Assembly: GCA_025054655.1 (NCBI GenBank)
Contig: JANWZL010000064.1
Span: 1-58,664, forward strand
From: Thiobacillaceae bacterium
GTDB lineage: Bacteria; Pseudomonadota; Gammaproteobacteria; Burkholderiales; Thiobacillaceae
DNA length: 58,664 nt
Direction of reading: 5' to 3'
In this document: piece after piece, positions 44,437 to 54,540 of the stretch
How positions within the stretch are numbered: position 1 is the first letter of the stretch
How the letters are laid out: the number at the start of each line of letters is the position of its first letter
The notes under the pieces: generated by a model
Databases searched by the model: none
The model's input: the letters and a program-made list of their open reading frames with translations, nothing else
Told to the model about the DNA's origin: nothing
Position numbers and translations under genes: made by a program

Positions 44437-47100
44437 GTGGGTAAGCAGCTCATCATCGCCGAGAAACCCTCGGTGGCCCAGGACATCGCCCGCGCCTTGG
44501 GAGGGTTTCGCAAGGAGGGCGACTATTACGAATCCGAGCAATACGTGCTGTCCTCCGCCATCGGCCATCTGCTGGAGCTGGCCGTACCCGAGGAGTACGA
44601 GGTCAAGCGCGGCAAGTGGTCGTTCGAGCACCTGCCGGTCATCCCGCCGCGCTTTACCCTGCAGCCCATCGACAAGACCGCCGATCGCTTGAAGCTCCTG
44701 GTCAGGCTGATCAAACGCAAGGATGTCGATGGGCTCATCAACGCCTGTGATGCCGGGCGCGAGGGCGAGCTGATCTTCAACTACATCGTCCAGCACAGCG
44801 GCACGAAGAAGCCGATCAAGCGGCTGTGGCTGCAGTCGATGACGCCGGAGGCGATCCGCGCGGGGTTCCGCAGCTTGCGCGAGGCCAGCGAGCTAGAGGG
44901 TCTGCGCACCGCCGCGGTGTGTCGGGCGGAAAGCGACTGGCTGGTGGGCATCAACGGCACGCGTGCCATGACCGCCTTCAATTCCAAGACCGGCGGCTTT
45001 CACCTCACCACCGTGGGGCGCGTGCAGACCCCCACGCTGGCCATCGTGGTCGAACGCGAGGAGCGCATCCGTCGCTTCCGGCCGCGCCCCTACTGGGAGA
45101 TCGAGGCCCGCTTCGGCGGCAGCCAGGGCGAGTACAGCGGCCGCTGGTTCGACGAGGCGTTCAAGCGACGCGAGGACGACGAGCAGGCCACCGCCTACCG
45201 CATCTGGGACCAGGCCCAGGCACAGGCCATCCGCGCGGCCTGCGAGGGGCAGGGCGCGCAGGCGAGCGAGGAGGTCAAACCGGCGAGCCAGCTATCGCCC
45301 CTGCTGTACGATCTCACCAGCCTGCAGCGCGAGGCCAACACCCGCTTCGGCTTCTCCGCCCGCACCACGCTCGCGCTGGCTCAGGCCCTGTACGAGAAGC
45401 ACAAGGTGCTCACCTACCCGCGCACCGACGCGCGGGCGCTGCCCGAGGACTACCTCGGCACGGTCAGACAGGTGCTCGGCGAGCTGCCAGCGCAGTATGC
45501 CCCTTACGCCCGTACTATCCTGGAGCAGGGCTGGGTGCGCCCGAACAAGCGCATCTTCAACGACGCCAAGGTCAGCGACCACTTCGCCATCATCCCCACC
45601 GGGGCGACGCCCAAGGCGCTCAACGAGCTGGAGTGGAAGCTCTACGACCTGGTCACGCGGCGCTTCCTGGCCGTGTTCTTCCCGGCGGCGGAATATCAGG
45701 TCACCACCCGGATCACGCGGGTGGGCGAACACGCCTTCAAGACCGAGGGACGGGTGCTCGTCAATCCCGGCTGGCTCGCCGTGTATGGACGCGAGGCCCA
45801 GCCCGAGGGCGAGGAGGCGACCAACTTGCCACCGCTCATCCCCGGCGAGCGGCTGCAGACGCTGGCGGTGGAGCTCAAACCCGGCCAGACTCGGCCGCCC
45901 GCCCGCTTCACCGAGGCCACCCTGCTCGCCGCCATGGAGGGCGCCGGCAAGCTGGTGGAGGACGAGGAGCTGCGCGCCGCCATGGCCGGTCGCGGCCTGG
46001 GCACGCCGGCCACCCGCGCCCAGATCATCGAGAACCTGATCGCCGAGCGCTATCTGGTACGCGAGGGCAAGGAGCTCGTGCCCACCGCCAAGGCCTTCTC
46101 GCTCATCACCCTGCTGCGCGGCCTGGGGGTGGAGGAACTGACCTCGCCGGAGATGACCGGGGAGTGGGAATACAAGCTCGCGCGCATGGAACGCGGGGAA
46201 CTGACCCGCGACGAATTCATGGCCCACATCGTCGCGCTCGCCCGCGACATCGTGGAGCGGGCCAGACGCTACGAGTCCGACACCGTGCCGGGCGACTTCG
46301 CTACCCTGACCACCCCCTGCCCCCGCTGCGGCGGCGTGGTCAAGGAGACCTACAAGAAATTCGCCTGTCAGTCCTGTGACTGGTCCACTTGGAAGATCGT
46401 CGCCGGGCGCCAGTTCGAGGTGGCGGAGATGGAACAGCTGTTGCGCGAGGGCCGCGTCGGGCCGCTTGCCGGCTTCCGTAGCCGCCAGGGCCGACCGTTC
46501 GAGGCCGTCGTCCGCCTCAACGCCGAGCAGCTGCCGGAATTCGAGTTCGAACCGACGATTGCAGACACCGAGGCGGCAGCCGATCTCGACCGCCAGGAGA
46601 GCCTGGGGCCCTGCCCCAAGTGCGGCGCCGGCGTGTATGCCCACGGCAATGCCTATGTGTGTGCGCGCAGCCTGGGGCCTGACCGCAGTTGCGACTTCCG
46701 CGCCAGCCGTGTGATCCTGTCGCAGGAGGTCACACCCGAGCAGATGCGCAAGCTGCTCACCGACGGCCGCACCGATCTGCTCGACGGCTTCGTCTCCGCC
46801 CGCACCCGGCGCAAATTTTCCGCCTACCTGGTGCGTGGGGCGGACGGCAAGATCGGCTTCGAGTTCGACACGCGCAGCCCCAGCCGGGGTAGAGACGGCG
46901 GACGCGAGCTAGGGCCGCATCCGGCTGATGGCCAGCCCGTGCTGCTGAAAAAGGGGCGCTACGGGCCCTATGTGAGCCACGGCAAGGTCAACGCCACCCT
47001 GCCCAGGGACCTCCCCCCCGAGCAGGTCACGCTCGAGCGCGCGCTCGAGCTGCTCGCCGCCAAGTCGGCCGAGCCGCCCCGCGCGTCCGGCCGGCATTAG
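44437..47100 (+). CDS. type IA DNA topoisomerase (topoisomerase III-like N-terminus, C-terminal zinc-ribbon repeats)
   Basis: 887 aa. Toprim LIIAEKPSVAQDIARALGG and CDAGREGELIF. Catalytic region LTYPRTDARALP. C-terminal CPRCGG...CQSC and CPKCGA...C motifs. Confidence 0.9.
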   Translation: MGKQLIIAEKPSVAQDIARALGGFRKEGDYYESEQYVLSSAIGHLLELAVPEEYEVKRGKWSFEHLPVIPPRFTLQPIDKTADRLKLLVRLIKRKDVDGLINACDAGREGELIFNYIVQHSGTKKPIKRLWLQSMTPEAIRAGFRSLREASELEGLRTAAVCRAESDWLVGINGTRAMTAFNSKTGGFHLTTVGRVQTPTLAIVVEREERIRRFRPRPYWEIEARFGGSQGEYSGRWFDEAFKRREDDEQATAYRIWDQAQAQAIRAACEGQGAQASEEVKPASQLSPLLYDLTSLQREANTRFGFSARTTLALAQALYEKHKVLTYPRTDARALPEDYLGTVRQVLGELPAQYAPYARTILEQGWVRPNKRIFNDAKVSDHFAIIPTGATPKALNELEWKLYDLVTRRFLAVFFPAAEYQVTTRITRVGEHAFKTEGRVLVNPGWLAVYGREAQPEGEEATNLPPLIPGERLQTLAVELKPGQTRPPARFTEATLLAAMEGAGKLVEDEELRAAMAGRGLGTPATRAQIIENLIAERYLVREGKELVPTAKAFSLITLLRGLGVEELTSPEMTGEWEYKLARMERGELTRDEFMAHIVALARDIVERARRYESDTVPGDFATLTTPCPRCGGVVKETYKKFACQSCDWSTWKIVAGRQFEVAEMEQLLREGRVGPLAGFRSRQGRPFEAVVRLNAEQLPEFEFEPTIADTEAAADLDRQESLGPCPKCGAGVYAHGNAYVCARSLGPDRSCDFRASRVILSQEVTPEQMRKLLTDGRTDLLDGFVSARTRRKFSAYLVRGADGKIGFEFDTRSPSRGRDGGRELGPHPADGQPVLLKKGRYGPYVSHGKVNATLPRDLPPEQVTLERALELLAAKSAEPPRASGRH

Positions 47101-47126
47101 ACGGAGTATAAATTCTCGCTTACAAT
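47098..47126 (+). promoter_or_regulatory. possible sigma70 promoter of the Irr-like regulator gene
   Basis: TAGACG (47098..47103), a 17-nt spacer, then TACAAT (47121..47126), in an unusually AT-rich stretch 37 nt upstream of the ATG. Confidence 0.35.
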
Positions 47127-47162
47127 AAAACCGTCATCTTACTCGCCTGACCGTGTCGTGGT

Positions 47163-47594
47163 ATGCAAAGCGGTGCACTGACCCGTGAAGAAGCGGCCGA
47201 TTTGTTGCGTCGGCATGGGATCACACCCACACACCAGCGGCTGGAGATCGCGCACGTGCTGTTCGCGCGCAAACAACACCTGAGCGCCGATCAGATCATG
47301 AGCATGGTCAACCTGCGTCACTGCGAGGCCTCCAAGGCCACGGTGTACAACACCCTCAAGCTGTTCCTGGAAAAGGGGCTCATCCGCGAGGTCATCGTCG
47401 ATCCGGCACGGGTGTTCTACGACTCCAACACCGAACCGCACCACCACTTCTACAACACGCAAAGCGGCGAGTTGATCGACATCGACGCGGCCGGCATGCA
47501 GCTGATGGGGTTGCCCCGCGTACCGGAGGGCATGGTGGCCGAGCGGGTGGACATCGTCATCCGCATCCGTCCGCAATCACCGGCCACCGCCTAG
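47163..47594 (+). CDS. Fur-family regulator of the Irr type (HHH motif, no CxxC pairs)
   Basis: 143 aa. PTHQRLEIAHVLF...SKATVYNTLKLFLEKGLIREV...FYDSNTEPHHHFYNTQSGELIDID...VDIVIRIR. It has only one Cys and no C-terminal CxxC metal site. Confidence 0.82.
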   Translation: MQSGALTREEAADLLRRHGITPTHQRLEIAHVLFARKQHLSADQIMSMVNLRHCEASKATVYNTLKLFLEKGLIREVIVDPARVFYDSNTEPHHHFYNTQSGELIDIDAAGMQLMGLPRVPEGMVAERVDIVIRIRPQSPATA

Positions 47595-47663
47595 CCCGCG
47601 CCGTCCGGGCGCGGCGGGCCATCTCGCGCTAGGCGGCGATTTTCGCGATAATCTCGCCTCGAC

Positions 47664-47739
<76 letters not shown>

Positions 47740-47788
47740 ATCCGTCTTCACCGCGGCCCCGCCTGGCGGCGGGTGCCGGTATCCTGCC

Positions 47789-48823
47789 ATGAGCCGGACG
47801 CCCAGCCCATCTGCCTGCACTGCCGCGCACCCCTCTTCGCCCGATACGCACTCGGTGCGCGAACCGCGCTACAAGGCCCTGCTGGCCGAAGACCTGGCGG
47901 AGCTGGACCGCGTGATCCGCGCCCGGCTGCACTCGGAGGTGGTGTTGGTGCGGCAGGTGGCCGAATACATCATCGGCAGCGGCGGCAAACGGTTGCGGCC
48001 GGTGGTGGTGATGCTCGCGGCCAAGGCCCTGGGCTATGCCGGCCGGCATCACCACGAGCTCGCCGCGGTGGTGGAATTCATCCACACCGCCACCCTGTTG
48101 CACGACGACGTGGTGGACGACTCGCGGCTCAGACGCGGACAGGACACCGCCAATGCCCGCTTCGGCAACGCGGCGAGCGTGCTGGTGGGCGACTTTCTCT
48201 ATTCACGCGCCTTCCAGATGATGGTGTCGGTGGACGACATGCGCGTGATGCAGGTGCTGGCGGATGCCACCAACGTGATCGCCGAGGGCGAGGTGCTGCA
48301 GCTGATGAACTGCCACGACCCGGACGTGACCCTGGAGGCCTATATGCGCGTGATCCGCTACAAGACGGCACGCCTGTTCGACGCCGCGGGCCGGCTGGGG
48401 GCCATCGTCGCCGGCCAGGGCCGCGCGGTCGAGGACGCCCTGGGCATCTACGGCATGCACCTGGGCACCGCCTTCCAGTTGATCGACGACGTGCTCGACT
48501 ACTCCGGCGACACCGCCGCCACCGGCAAGAACGTGGGCGACGACCTGGCCGAGGGCAAGCCCACGCTGCCGCTGCTCTATGTCATGCAGCACGGCAGCCC
48601 GGCGCAATCGGCCCTGGTGCGCCAGGCCATCGCCGCCGGCGGCAGCGACGACTTCCCCGCCATCCTGGAGGCCATCCACGCCACCGGGGCGCTCGAACAC
48701 ACCCGCGCCCAGGCCCGCACCGAGGCCGAACGGGCAGTGGCCGCCCTGCAGGGGCTGCCGTCTAGCGCGTATCTCGATGCCCTGCTAGAATTGCCCTTCT
48801 TCGCGGTCGAGCGCGACCGCTGA
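47789..48823 (+). CDS. ispB: octaprenyl (polyprenyl) diphosphate synthase
   Basis: 344 aa. First DDxxD region is TLLHDDVVDDS; second is FQLIDDVLDY. An alternative in-frame GTG start at 47855 fits the family length better. Confidence 0.9.
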   Translation: MSRTPSPSACTAAHPSSPDTHSVREPRYKALLAEDLAELDRVIRARLHSEVVLVRQVAEYIIGSGGKRLRPVVVMLAAKALGYAGRHHHELAAVVEFIHTATLLHDDVVDDSRLRRGQDTANARFGNAASVLVGDFLYSRAFQMMVSVDDMRVMQVLADATNVIAEGEVLQLMNCHDPDVTLEAYMRVIRYKTARLFDAAGRLGAIVAGQGRAVEDALGIYGMHLGTAFQLIDDVLDYSGDTAATGKNVGDDLAEGKPTLPLLYVMQHGSPAQSALVRQAIAAGGSDDFPAILEAIHATGALEHTRAQARTEAERAVAALQGLPSSAYLDALLELPFFAVERDR

Positions 48824-48844
48824 AGGCATCGCGCGCCACGCGCA

Positions 48845-48921
48845 TCGGGGTGTAGCTTAGCCTGGTAGAGCGCCACGTTCGGGACGTGGAGGCCGGAGGT
48901 TCGAATCCTCTCACCCCGACC
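48845..48921 (+). tRNA. tRNA-Pro (anticodon CGG)
   Basis: Manual cloverleaf. Acceptor CGGGGTG/CACCCCG, D arm GCTT-AGCCTGGTA-GAGC, anticodon arm CCACG-TTCGGGA-CGTGG, T arm GGAGG-TTCGAAT-CCTCT, encoded CCA. Confidence 0.93.
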
Positions 48922-48969
48922 ACTTCCGTCCTGGTTCTACCCCCTATCACGACACGCCGCGCCTGCCGA

Positions 48970-50031
48970 TCAGGGCTGCACCTCAACGCGTGCCTGGCCT
49001 TCCAATAGCCGCCCGACCACGGCCGCGCGGGCTAATCCGTGCCGGTGCATCACCTGCATCACCTCGTCGAGCACCGCCGGTGTGCAAGCCACTAGCAGGC
49101 CACCGCTGGTCTGCGGGTCGGTCAGCAGCGCCCGCTGCCAGTCGGCACAGCCGGGAAACAGCTCGACCTCGTGGCCGTAGCTGGCCCAGTTGCGCCCACT
49201 TGCACCGGTGACGAAGCCGGCCTGGGCGAGTCGATCCGCCTGCGGCAACAGGGGCAGGCGGGCGAACTCGAGCTCGGCGGCAAGATTCGAGCCGCGGGCG
49301 ATCTCCAGGGCGTGGCCGAGCAGCCCGAAGCCGGTGACATCGGTCATCGCATGCACGCCCGCGATGGCCGCCAGCTCCGGCCCCGCGCTGTTGAGCTGGG
49401 TGGTGGTGGCGATCATAGCGGCATAGGCCTCGGGCGGCAGGGCGTCCTTCTTGAGCGCGGCCGAGTAGATACCCACCCCCAGCCCTTTGCCCAGCACCAG
49501 CACGTCGCCCGCTTGGGCGTCGCGGTTGCGTTTGATGTGTCCGGGGTGGGCCACACCGATCACCGCCAGGCCGTAGATGGGTTCTGCAGCGTCGATGGAG
49601 TGACCGCCGGCGATGGGGATGCCGGCGGCCTGGGCGGCAGCCTCACCGCCGGCGAGTATGCGGCGGATGACCTCCGGCGGCAGCTTGTCCACCGGCATGG
49701 CCACCAGCGCAAGCGCGAACAGCGGGCGTGCGCCCATGGCGTAGATGTCGGAGATGGCGTTGGTGGCGGCGATGCGGCCGAACTCGTAGGGGTCGTCGAC
49801 GATGGGCATGAAGAAGTCGGTGGTGGCGACGATCGCCAACGTGTCGCTCAGGCGCCACACGGCGGCATCGTCGCCGGTCTCGATGCCGACCAGGAGGTCG
49901 GGAAAGGCCGTGGCGGGCGCGATGAGGCCGCGCGCATAAGGGGTGTCGGCCAGCAGCTGTGCGAGCACCCCCGGAGCGAGCTTGCAGCCGCAGCCGCCGC
50001 CGTGGGACAGATGGGTCAGGCGCACGGACAT
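48970..50031 (-). CDS. selD: selenide, water dikinase (Cys-type SelD)
   Basis: ORF trimmed to ATG 50031 (MSVRLTHLSHGGGCGCKLAPGVL, the Cys-Gly-Cys-Lys active loop). AIR-synthase-like fold motifs DFFMPIVDDPYEFGRIAATNAISDIYAMG. Confidence 0.92.
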   Translation of the reverse strand: MSVRLTHLSHGGGCGCKLAPGVLAQLLADTPYARGLIAPATAFPDLLVGIETGDDAAVWRLSDTLAIVATTDFFMPIVDDPYEFGRIAATNAISDIYAMGARPLFALALVAMPVDKLPPEVIRRILAGGEAAAQAAGIPIAGGHSIDAAEPIYGLAVIGVAHPGHIKRNRDAQAGDVLVLGKGLGVGIYSAALKKDALPPEAYAAMIATTTQLNSAGPELAAIAGVHAMTDVTGFGLLGHALEIARGSNLAAELEFARLPLLPQADRLAQAGFVTGASGRNWASYGHEVELFPGCADWQRALLTDPQTSGGLLVACTPAVLDEVMQVMHRHGLARAAVVGRLLEGQARVEVQP

Positions 50032-50057
50032 GACGTGACGGGGCAAATAGTGGGATT

Positions 50058-51527
50058 TTACCCCGGCGGCCTCTGCCGGCGGCCTAAGGCGCCGGTCAGG
50101 GCGAGGGTGAGACCCGCCGCGGCGAGGGCGGCGGCGTTGCCCCAGCGGGCATAAGGGGTGAGGCCGGCGTGACCCTGCGCCGATCCATGCAGGGCGCCGG
50201 TGGTGAAGGGCGGCAGGCGCGCGCGCACGCGCCCGCGCGCATCGACGATGGCGGTGATACCCGTGTTGTTGGCGCGCAGCCACCAGCGGCCGGTCTCCAG
50301 CGCCCGCATCTGGGTGATCTGCAGGTGTTGCCAGGGGGCGAGCGAATCGCCGAACCAGGCGTCGTTGCTGACGTTGACCATCAAGGTGGCGGCCGGCAGG
50401 GCATGCAGCAGCTCCTCGCCGAAGACGTCCTCGTAGCAGATGTTGACCGCCAGGCGCTGACCCGCTGCCGCGAGCGGCGGCTGCGCACGGGGACCGCGGG
50501 CGAAGTCGCCCAGGGGGATGTCCATCAGCGCCACGAACCAACGAAATCCCCAGGGGACGAACTCACCGAACGGCACCAGGTGCACCTTGCGATAGGTCTG
50601 TGCGGGCGCGCTGCCCAGGGTGACCACGGCGTTGTAGTAACGCTCGCCCTCCCGCAGCGGCACGCCGACGACCAGGTCGCCGCCCTGCGCGCGCGCGTGG
50701 GCCGCCAGCTCGGCCAGATACGGCGGCGGCACGTCGTCGAGGAAGATGGGCAGGGCGGTCTCCGGCAGCAGGATCAGGCGCGCGCGGCTGGCGAGCGCCA
50801 GCTCCCGGTAGGTGGCCAGCGTGCCGGCGAGCCGCTCCGGCCGGAACTTGAGCGACTGCTCGATGTTCCCCTGCAGCAGGCTGACGCTGACCGGCTCACC
50901 CACCGGCCTGGTCCAGGGCAGCTGCATAAGCCCCAGGCCCGCCAGCCACACCGCGGCGGCCAGGGCAAGACCCGGCCAGCGGCGCAGGGCAAGGGCCGCG
51001 GCGGTGAAAGCGGCCAGCGCCCCGACGCCATAGACCCCGAAGACCGGGGCATAACCGGACAGGGGGCCCGCCGGCGCCTGGGCATAACCCAAGGCCAGCC
51101 AGGGAAAGCCTGTGAGCAGCGTCCCCCGCAGCCATTCCGCAACCAGCCACAAGGCGGGGAAGGCCGTGAGCCAGCGCCAGCCCTCGGTCAGCGGCCAGCG
51201 CGCCGCTAGCCCCACGGCCGCGGCCGGGAACAGCGCGAGATAGGCGGCGAACAGCAGCACTGCGAGCCCCGCCAGCGGCGCCGGCATGCCGCCCACCTCG
51301 TGCATGCTGACATACACCCAAGACACCCCGGCGAGAAAAGCGCCCAGGGCATAGGCGTAGGCGAGGCCAAAGGCGGCCCCGTTTACCCGCACCAGATGGA
51401 TCAGCCCGGCCAGCGCCAGGATGGGCAACGGGTAGAGGTAGAAAGGGGCGTAGCCGAACACGCCCACCGCACCCAAGGCGAAGGCCAGGACGGGCGGCAG
51501 CAGGCGGTGGAGTGTGGTGCGGTTCAT
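50058..51527 (-). CDS. lnt: apolipoprotein N-acyltransferase
   Basis: ORF trimmed to MNRTTLHRLLPPVLAFALG (489 aa). Multi-TM N-terminus and a CN-hydrolase domain LILLPETA...VNICYEDVFGEE. Confidence 0.9.
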   Translation of the reverse strand: MNRTTLHRLLPPVLAFALGAVGVFGYAPFYLYPLPILALAGLIHLVRVNGAAFGLAYAYALGAFLAGVSWVYVSMHEVGGMPAPLAGLAVLLFAAYLALFPAAAVGLAARWPLTEGWRWLTAFPALWLVAEWLRGTLLTGFPWLALGYAQAPAGPLSGYAPVFGVYGVGALAAFTAAALALRRWPGLALAAAVWLAGLGLMQLPWTRPVGEPVSVSLLQGNIEQSLKFRPERLAGTLATYRELALASRARLILLPETALPIFLDDVPPPYLAELAAHARAQGGDLVVGVPLREGERYYNAVVTLGSAPAQTYRKVHLVPFGEFVPWGFRWFVALMDIPLGDFARGPRAQPPLAAAGQRLAVNICYEDVFGEELLHALPAATLMVNVSNDAWFGDSLAPWQHLQITQMRALETGRWWLRANNTGITAIVDARGRVRARLPPFTTGALHGSAQGHAGLTPYARWGNAAALAAAGLTLALTGALGRRQRPPG

Positions 51528-51653
51528 GGCGTGCGTGGCCAGGCCCGGCGATGATGCCGCAAAGCCTATGTCGAGGAAAAGCACGGCGGCTACAGCGCCT
51601 TCCGCCTGCACCGGCGAAGGGGTAGAATGCCCCCCTTGCGCCGCGATGACCCC

Positions 51654-52679
51654 ATGCACATCGGTCCCATCGAGCTGCCCAACCCCCTGGTCCTGGCCCC
51701 CATGGCGGGGGTGACCGACCGCCCCTTCCGCCAGCTGTGCAAGCGGCTGGGGGCGGGTATGGCGGTGTCCGAGATGGTGACCTCCAACTCGCTGCTATAT
51801 GGTTCCGCCAAGACCCGCCGGCGCGCCGATCACGAGGGTGAGACCGCCCCCATCTCGGTGCAGATCGCCGGTGCCGACCCGCGCATGATGGCCGAGGCGG
51901 CCCGCTACAACGTCGATCGCGGGGCGCAGATCATCGACATCAACATGGGCTGTCCGGCCAAGAAGGTGTGCAATGTGATGGCCGGCTCGGCGCTGCTGAA
52001 GGACGAGGCGCTAGTGGCGCGCATCCTGGAGGCGGTGGTCGCAGCGGTGCCGGAGGTGCCGGTCACGCTCAAGATCCGCACCGGCTGGGACCGCGCCCAC
52101 CGCAATGCACTCAACATCCTGCGGATTGCGGAGGAGTCCGGGGTGCAGGCCTTGGCCATCCACGGCCGCACGCGTGCCGATGGTTACTCGGGCGAGGCCG
52201 AGTATGACACCATCCGCGCGGTGAAGCAGGCGGCCAGCATCCCCATCATCGCCAACGGCGACATCACCACACCGCAGAAGGCGAAACAGGTGCTGGAGTA
52301 CACTGGCGCGGACGCCATCATGATCGGCCGTGCCGCCCAGGGGCGGCCGTGGATCTTCCGCGAGGTGGCGCATTACCTCGCCACCGGAGAGGAACTGCCC
52401 CCGCCCGAGGTGGCGGAGATCCACGCCCTGCTGCGCGAACACCTGGAGGAACTGTACCGCTTCTACGGCGAGGACACCGGTGTGCGCGTGGCGCGCAAAC
52501 ACATCGCCTGGTATACCCGTGGGCTGGCGGATGCCGCCGCCTTCCGCCACGCCATGAACCGTCTGGACAGCGCACGTGCACAGCTCGCCGCGGTGGACGC
52601 CTTCTTCCTGCGCGCCGCCGCACGCCACCGCCGCCTGGCATACGACGACCACCACCCCTGCCAGCGGCTGGCCGCCTGA
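51654..52679 (+). CDS. dusB: tRNA-dihydrouridine synthase B
   Basis: ORF trimmed to MHIGPIELPNPLVLAPMAGVTDRPFRQLC. DINMGCPAKKV. A TAGAAT -10-like hexamer lies at 51623..51628. Confidence 0.92.
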   Translation: MHIGPIELPNPLVLAPMAGVTDRPFRQLCKRLGAGMAVSEMVTSNSLLYGSAKTRRRADHEGETAPISVQIAGADPRMMAEAARYNVDRGAQIIDINMGCPAKKVCNVMAGSALLKDEALVARILEAVVAAVPEVPVTLKIRTGWDRAHRNALNILRIAEESGVQALAIHGRTRADGYSGEAEYDTIRAVKQAASIPIIANGDITTPQKAKQVLEYTGADAIMIGRAAQGRPWIFREVAHYLATGEELPPPEVAEIHALLREHLEELYRFYGEDTGVRVARKHIAWYTRGLADAAAFRHAMNRLDSARAQLAAVDAFFLRAAARHRRLAYDDHHPCQRLAA

Positions 52680-52695
52680 ACTGGGAGGACACACG

Positions 52696-52938
52696 ATGAA
52701 ACAGTTGGAGGACAACGAACTGGCCGCCTGCGTGCGGCGCGAGCTGGAGCAATACCTCAAGGACCTCGACGGCGAGGCGGCCACGGGCATCTACGACATG
52801 GTCATGCGCTGCGTGGAGCGGCCCACCCTGGAGGTGGTGCTCAACCACACCGCCGGCAACCAGAGCCGTGCCGCCGAGATGCTGGGCATCAACCGCAACA
52901 CGCTCAGGAAGAAGATGCAGCAATACGGCCTCAAATAG
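52696..52938 (+). CDS. fis: Fis-family DNA-binding protein
   Basis: 80 aa from ATG 52696, with GGGAGGA upstream. C-terminal HTH GNQSRAAEMLGINRNTLRKKMQQYGL. dusB-fis synteny. Confidence 0.9.
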   Translation: MKQLEDNELAACVRRELEQYLKDLDGEAATGIYDMVMRCVERPTLEVVLNHTAGNQSRAAEMLGINRNTLRKKMQQYGLK

Positions 52939-52940
52939 TA

Positions 52941-52982
52941 GAGAGGCGTGAGGCGTCAGGCAGCCCTCCTCACCCCTCACCC
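52941..52982. repeat. heptanucleotide block (GNGAGGC x3 then inverted CCTCACC units) between fis and purH
   Basis: gagaggc gtgaggc gtcaggc agccctc ctcaccc ctcaccc. It ends 4 nt before the purH ATG. The arms are complementary with 1 mismatch. Confidence 0.78.
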
Positions 52983-52986
52983 CCCA

Positions 52987-54540
52987 ATGATCCGCCGCGC
53001 CCTCCTCTCCGTCTCCGACAAGACCGGTCTGATCGAATTCGCCCGTGGCCTCGCCGCACGCGGGGTGGAACTCATCTCCACCGGCGGCACCGCCCAGGCG
53101 CTGCGGGCGGCCGGCCTGCCGGTGATCGAAGTGGCCGACTACACCGGCTTTCCCGAGCTGCTGGACGGTCGCGTGAAGACCCTGCACCCCAGGGTGCACG
53201 GCGGCATCCTCGCCCGCCGCGACCGGCCCGAGCATGTGACGGCCATGCAGGCGCATGCCATCGCCCCGATCGACCTGGTGTGCGTCAACCTCTACCCCTT
53301 CGCGCAGACGGTGGCCCGGCCGGACTGCAGCCTGGAGGAGGCGATCGAGCAGATCGACATCGGCGGCCCCGCCCTGATCCGCTCGGCGGCCAAGAACCAC
53401 GCCTTCGTCGCCGTCCTGACCGATCCCGCGGACTACCCCCGCGTGCTCGCCGAAATGGAGACGCATGCCGGCGCGGTGAGTGAGGCTACCCGTTTCGCCC
53501 TGGCGGTCAAGGCCTTCGCCCACACCGCGGCCTATGATGCCGCCATCGCCAACCACCTGGGCCAGCGGATGACCGCCAGCGAATTTCCGCCTGCCCTCAC
53601 CCTGCAGTTTCACCACGCGCAAACCCTGCGCTATGGCGAGAATCCGCACCAGGCCGCCGCCTTCTACGTCGAGCCGGGATGGCCGGAGGCGAGCATCGCC
53701 ACCGCCCGCCAGCTGCAGGGCAAGGCGCTGTCGTTCAACAACATCGCCGATGCTGATGCGGCGCTGGAATGCGTCAAGCAGTTCGACGCCGGGCCGGCCT
53801 GCGTCATCGTCAAGCACGCCAACCCCTGTGGCGTCGCCGTCGCGGCGAGCCTGCGCGAGGCCTACGAGCGCGCCTACGCGACCGACCCGGAGAGCGCCTT
53901 CGGCGGCATCATCGCCGTCAACGGCACGCTGGACGCCGATACCGCGCGCGCCATCGTCGAGCGCCAGTTCGTCGAGGTGATCGTCGCCCCGGCGGTGGAC
54001 GCTCAGGCGGCCGCGGTCATCGCCACCAAGCCGAACGTGCGCCTGCTGGCGACCGGGGTCTGGCCAGCCACACCCGCGGCGCGCTGGGACTACAAGCGCG
54101 TGGCCGGCGGGCTGCTGGTGCAGCAGGCCGATCTCGCCCTGCACGGGGAGCTGAGGATCGTCAGCCGCCGCGCCCCCACCGAGGCGGAGCTGCGCGATCT
54201 GCTGTTCGCCTGGCGGGTGGCCAAGTTCGTCAAGTCCAACGCCATCGTCTATGCCAAGGACGGCAGGACCATAGGCGTGGGCGCCGGGCAGATGAGCCGG
54301 GTCAACTCCGCCCGCATCGCCGCCATCAAGGCCGAGCAGGCCGGACTCGCCGTGGCCGGCGCGGTCATGGCCTCAGACGCCTTCTTCCCCTTCCGCGACG
54401 GCATCGACGCCGCCGCCGCCGCCGGCATCACCGCCGTGATCCAGCCGGGTGGCAGCCTACGCGACGAAGAGGTGATCGCCGCCGCCGATGAACACGGCAT
54501 GGCCATGGTCTTCACCGGCATGCGTCATTTCCGGCACTAA
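52987..54540 (+). CDS. purH: bifunctional AICAR transformylase / IMP cyclohydrolase
   Basis: ORF trimmed to [22 protein letters not shown] (517 aa). C-terminal FTGMRHFRH. Confidence 0.95.
   Translation: MIRRALLSVSDKTGLIEFARGLAARGVELISTGGTAQALRAAGLPVIEVADYTGFPELLDGRVKTLHPRVHGGILARRDRPEHVTAMQAHAIAPIDLVCVNLYPFAQTVARPDCSLEEAIEQIDIGGPALIRSAAKNHAFVAVLTDPADYPRVLAEMETHAGAVSEATRFALAVKAFAHTAAYDAAIANHLGQRMTASEFPPALTLQFHHAQTLRYGENPHQAAAFYVEPGWPEASIATARQLQGKALSFNNIADADAALECVKQFDAGPACVIVKHANPCGVAVAASLREAYERAYATDPESAFGGIIAVNGTLDADTARAIVERQFVEVIVAPAVDAQAAAVIATKPNVRLLATGVWPATPAARWDYKRVAGGLLVQQADLALHGELRIVSRRAPTEAELRDLLFAWRVAKFVKSNAIVYAKDGRTIGVGAGQMSRVNSARIAAIKAEQAGLAVAGAVMASDAFFPFRDGIDAAAAAGITAVIQPGGSLRDEEVIAAADEHGMAMVFTGMRHFRH

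Noticed and set aside
44826-46644. 517-aa plus-strand and 450-aa minus-strand ORFs inside the topoisomerase gene
   Set aside because: They are out-of-frame or antisense shadows. The 887-aa frame carries the Toprim, catalytic Tyr and zinc-ribbon motifs.
52939-52986. ZTP (pfl) riboswitch upstream of purH
   Set aside because: The gap is only 48 nt and consists almost entirely of heptad repeats. There is no room for the two-subdomain ZTP fold and none of its conserved segments are present. The dusB upstream region (51528..51653) does not resemble it either.
52318-54144. 608-aa minus-strand ORF
   Set aside because: It is antisense to fis and purH, and its composition is non-protein-like.
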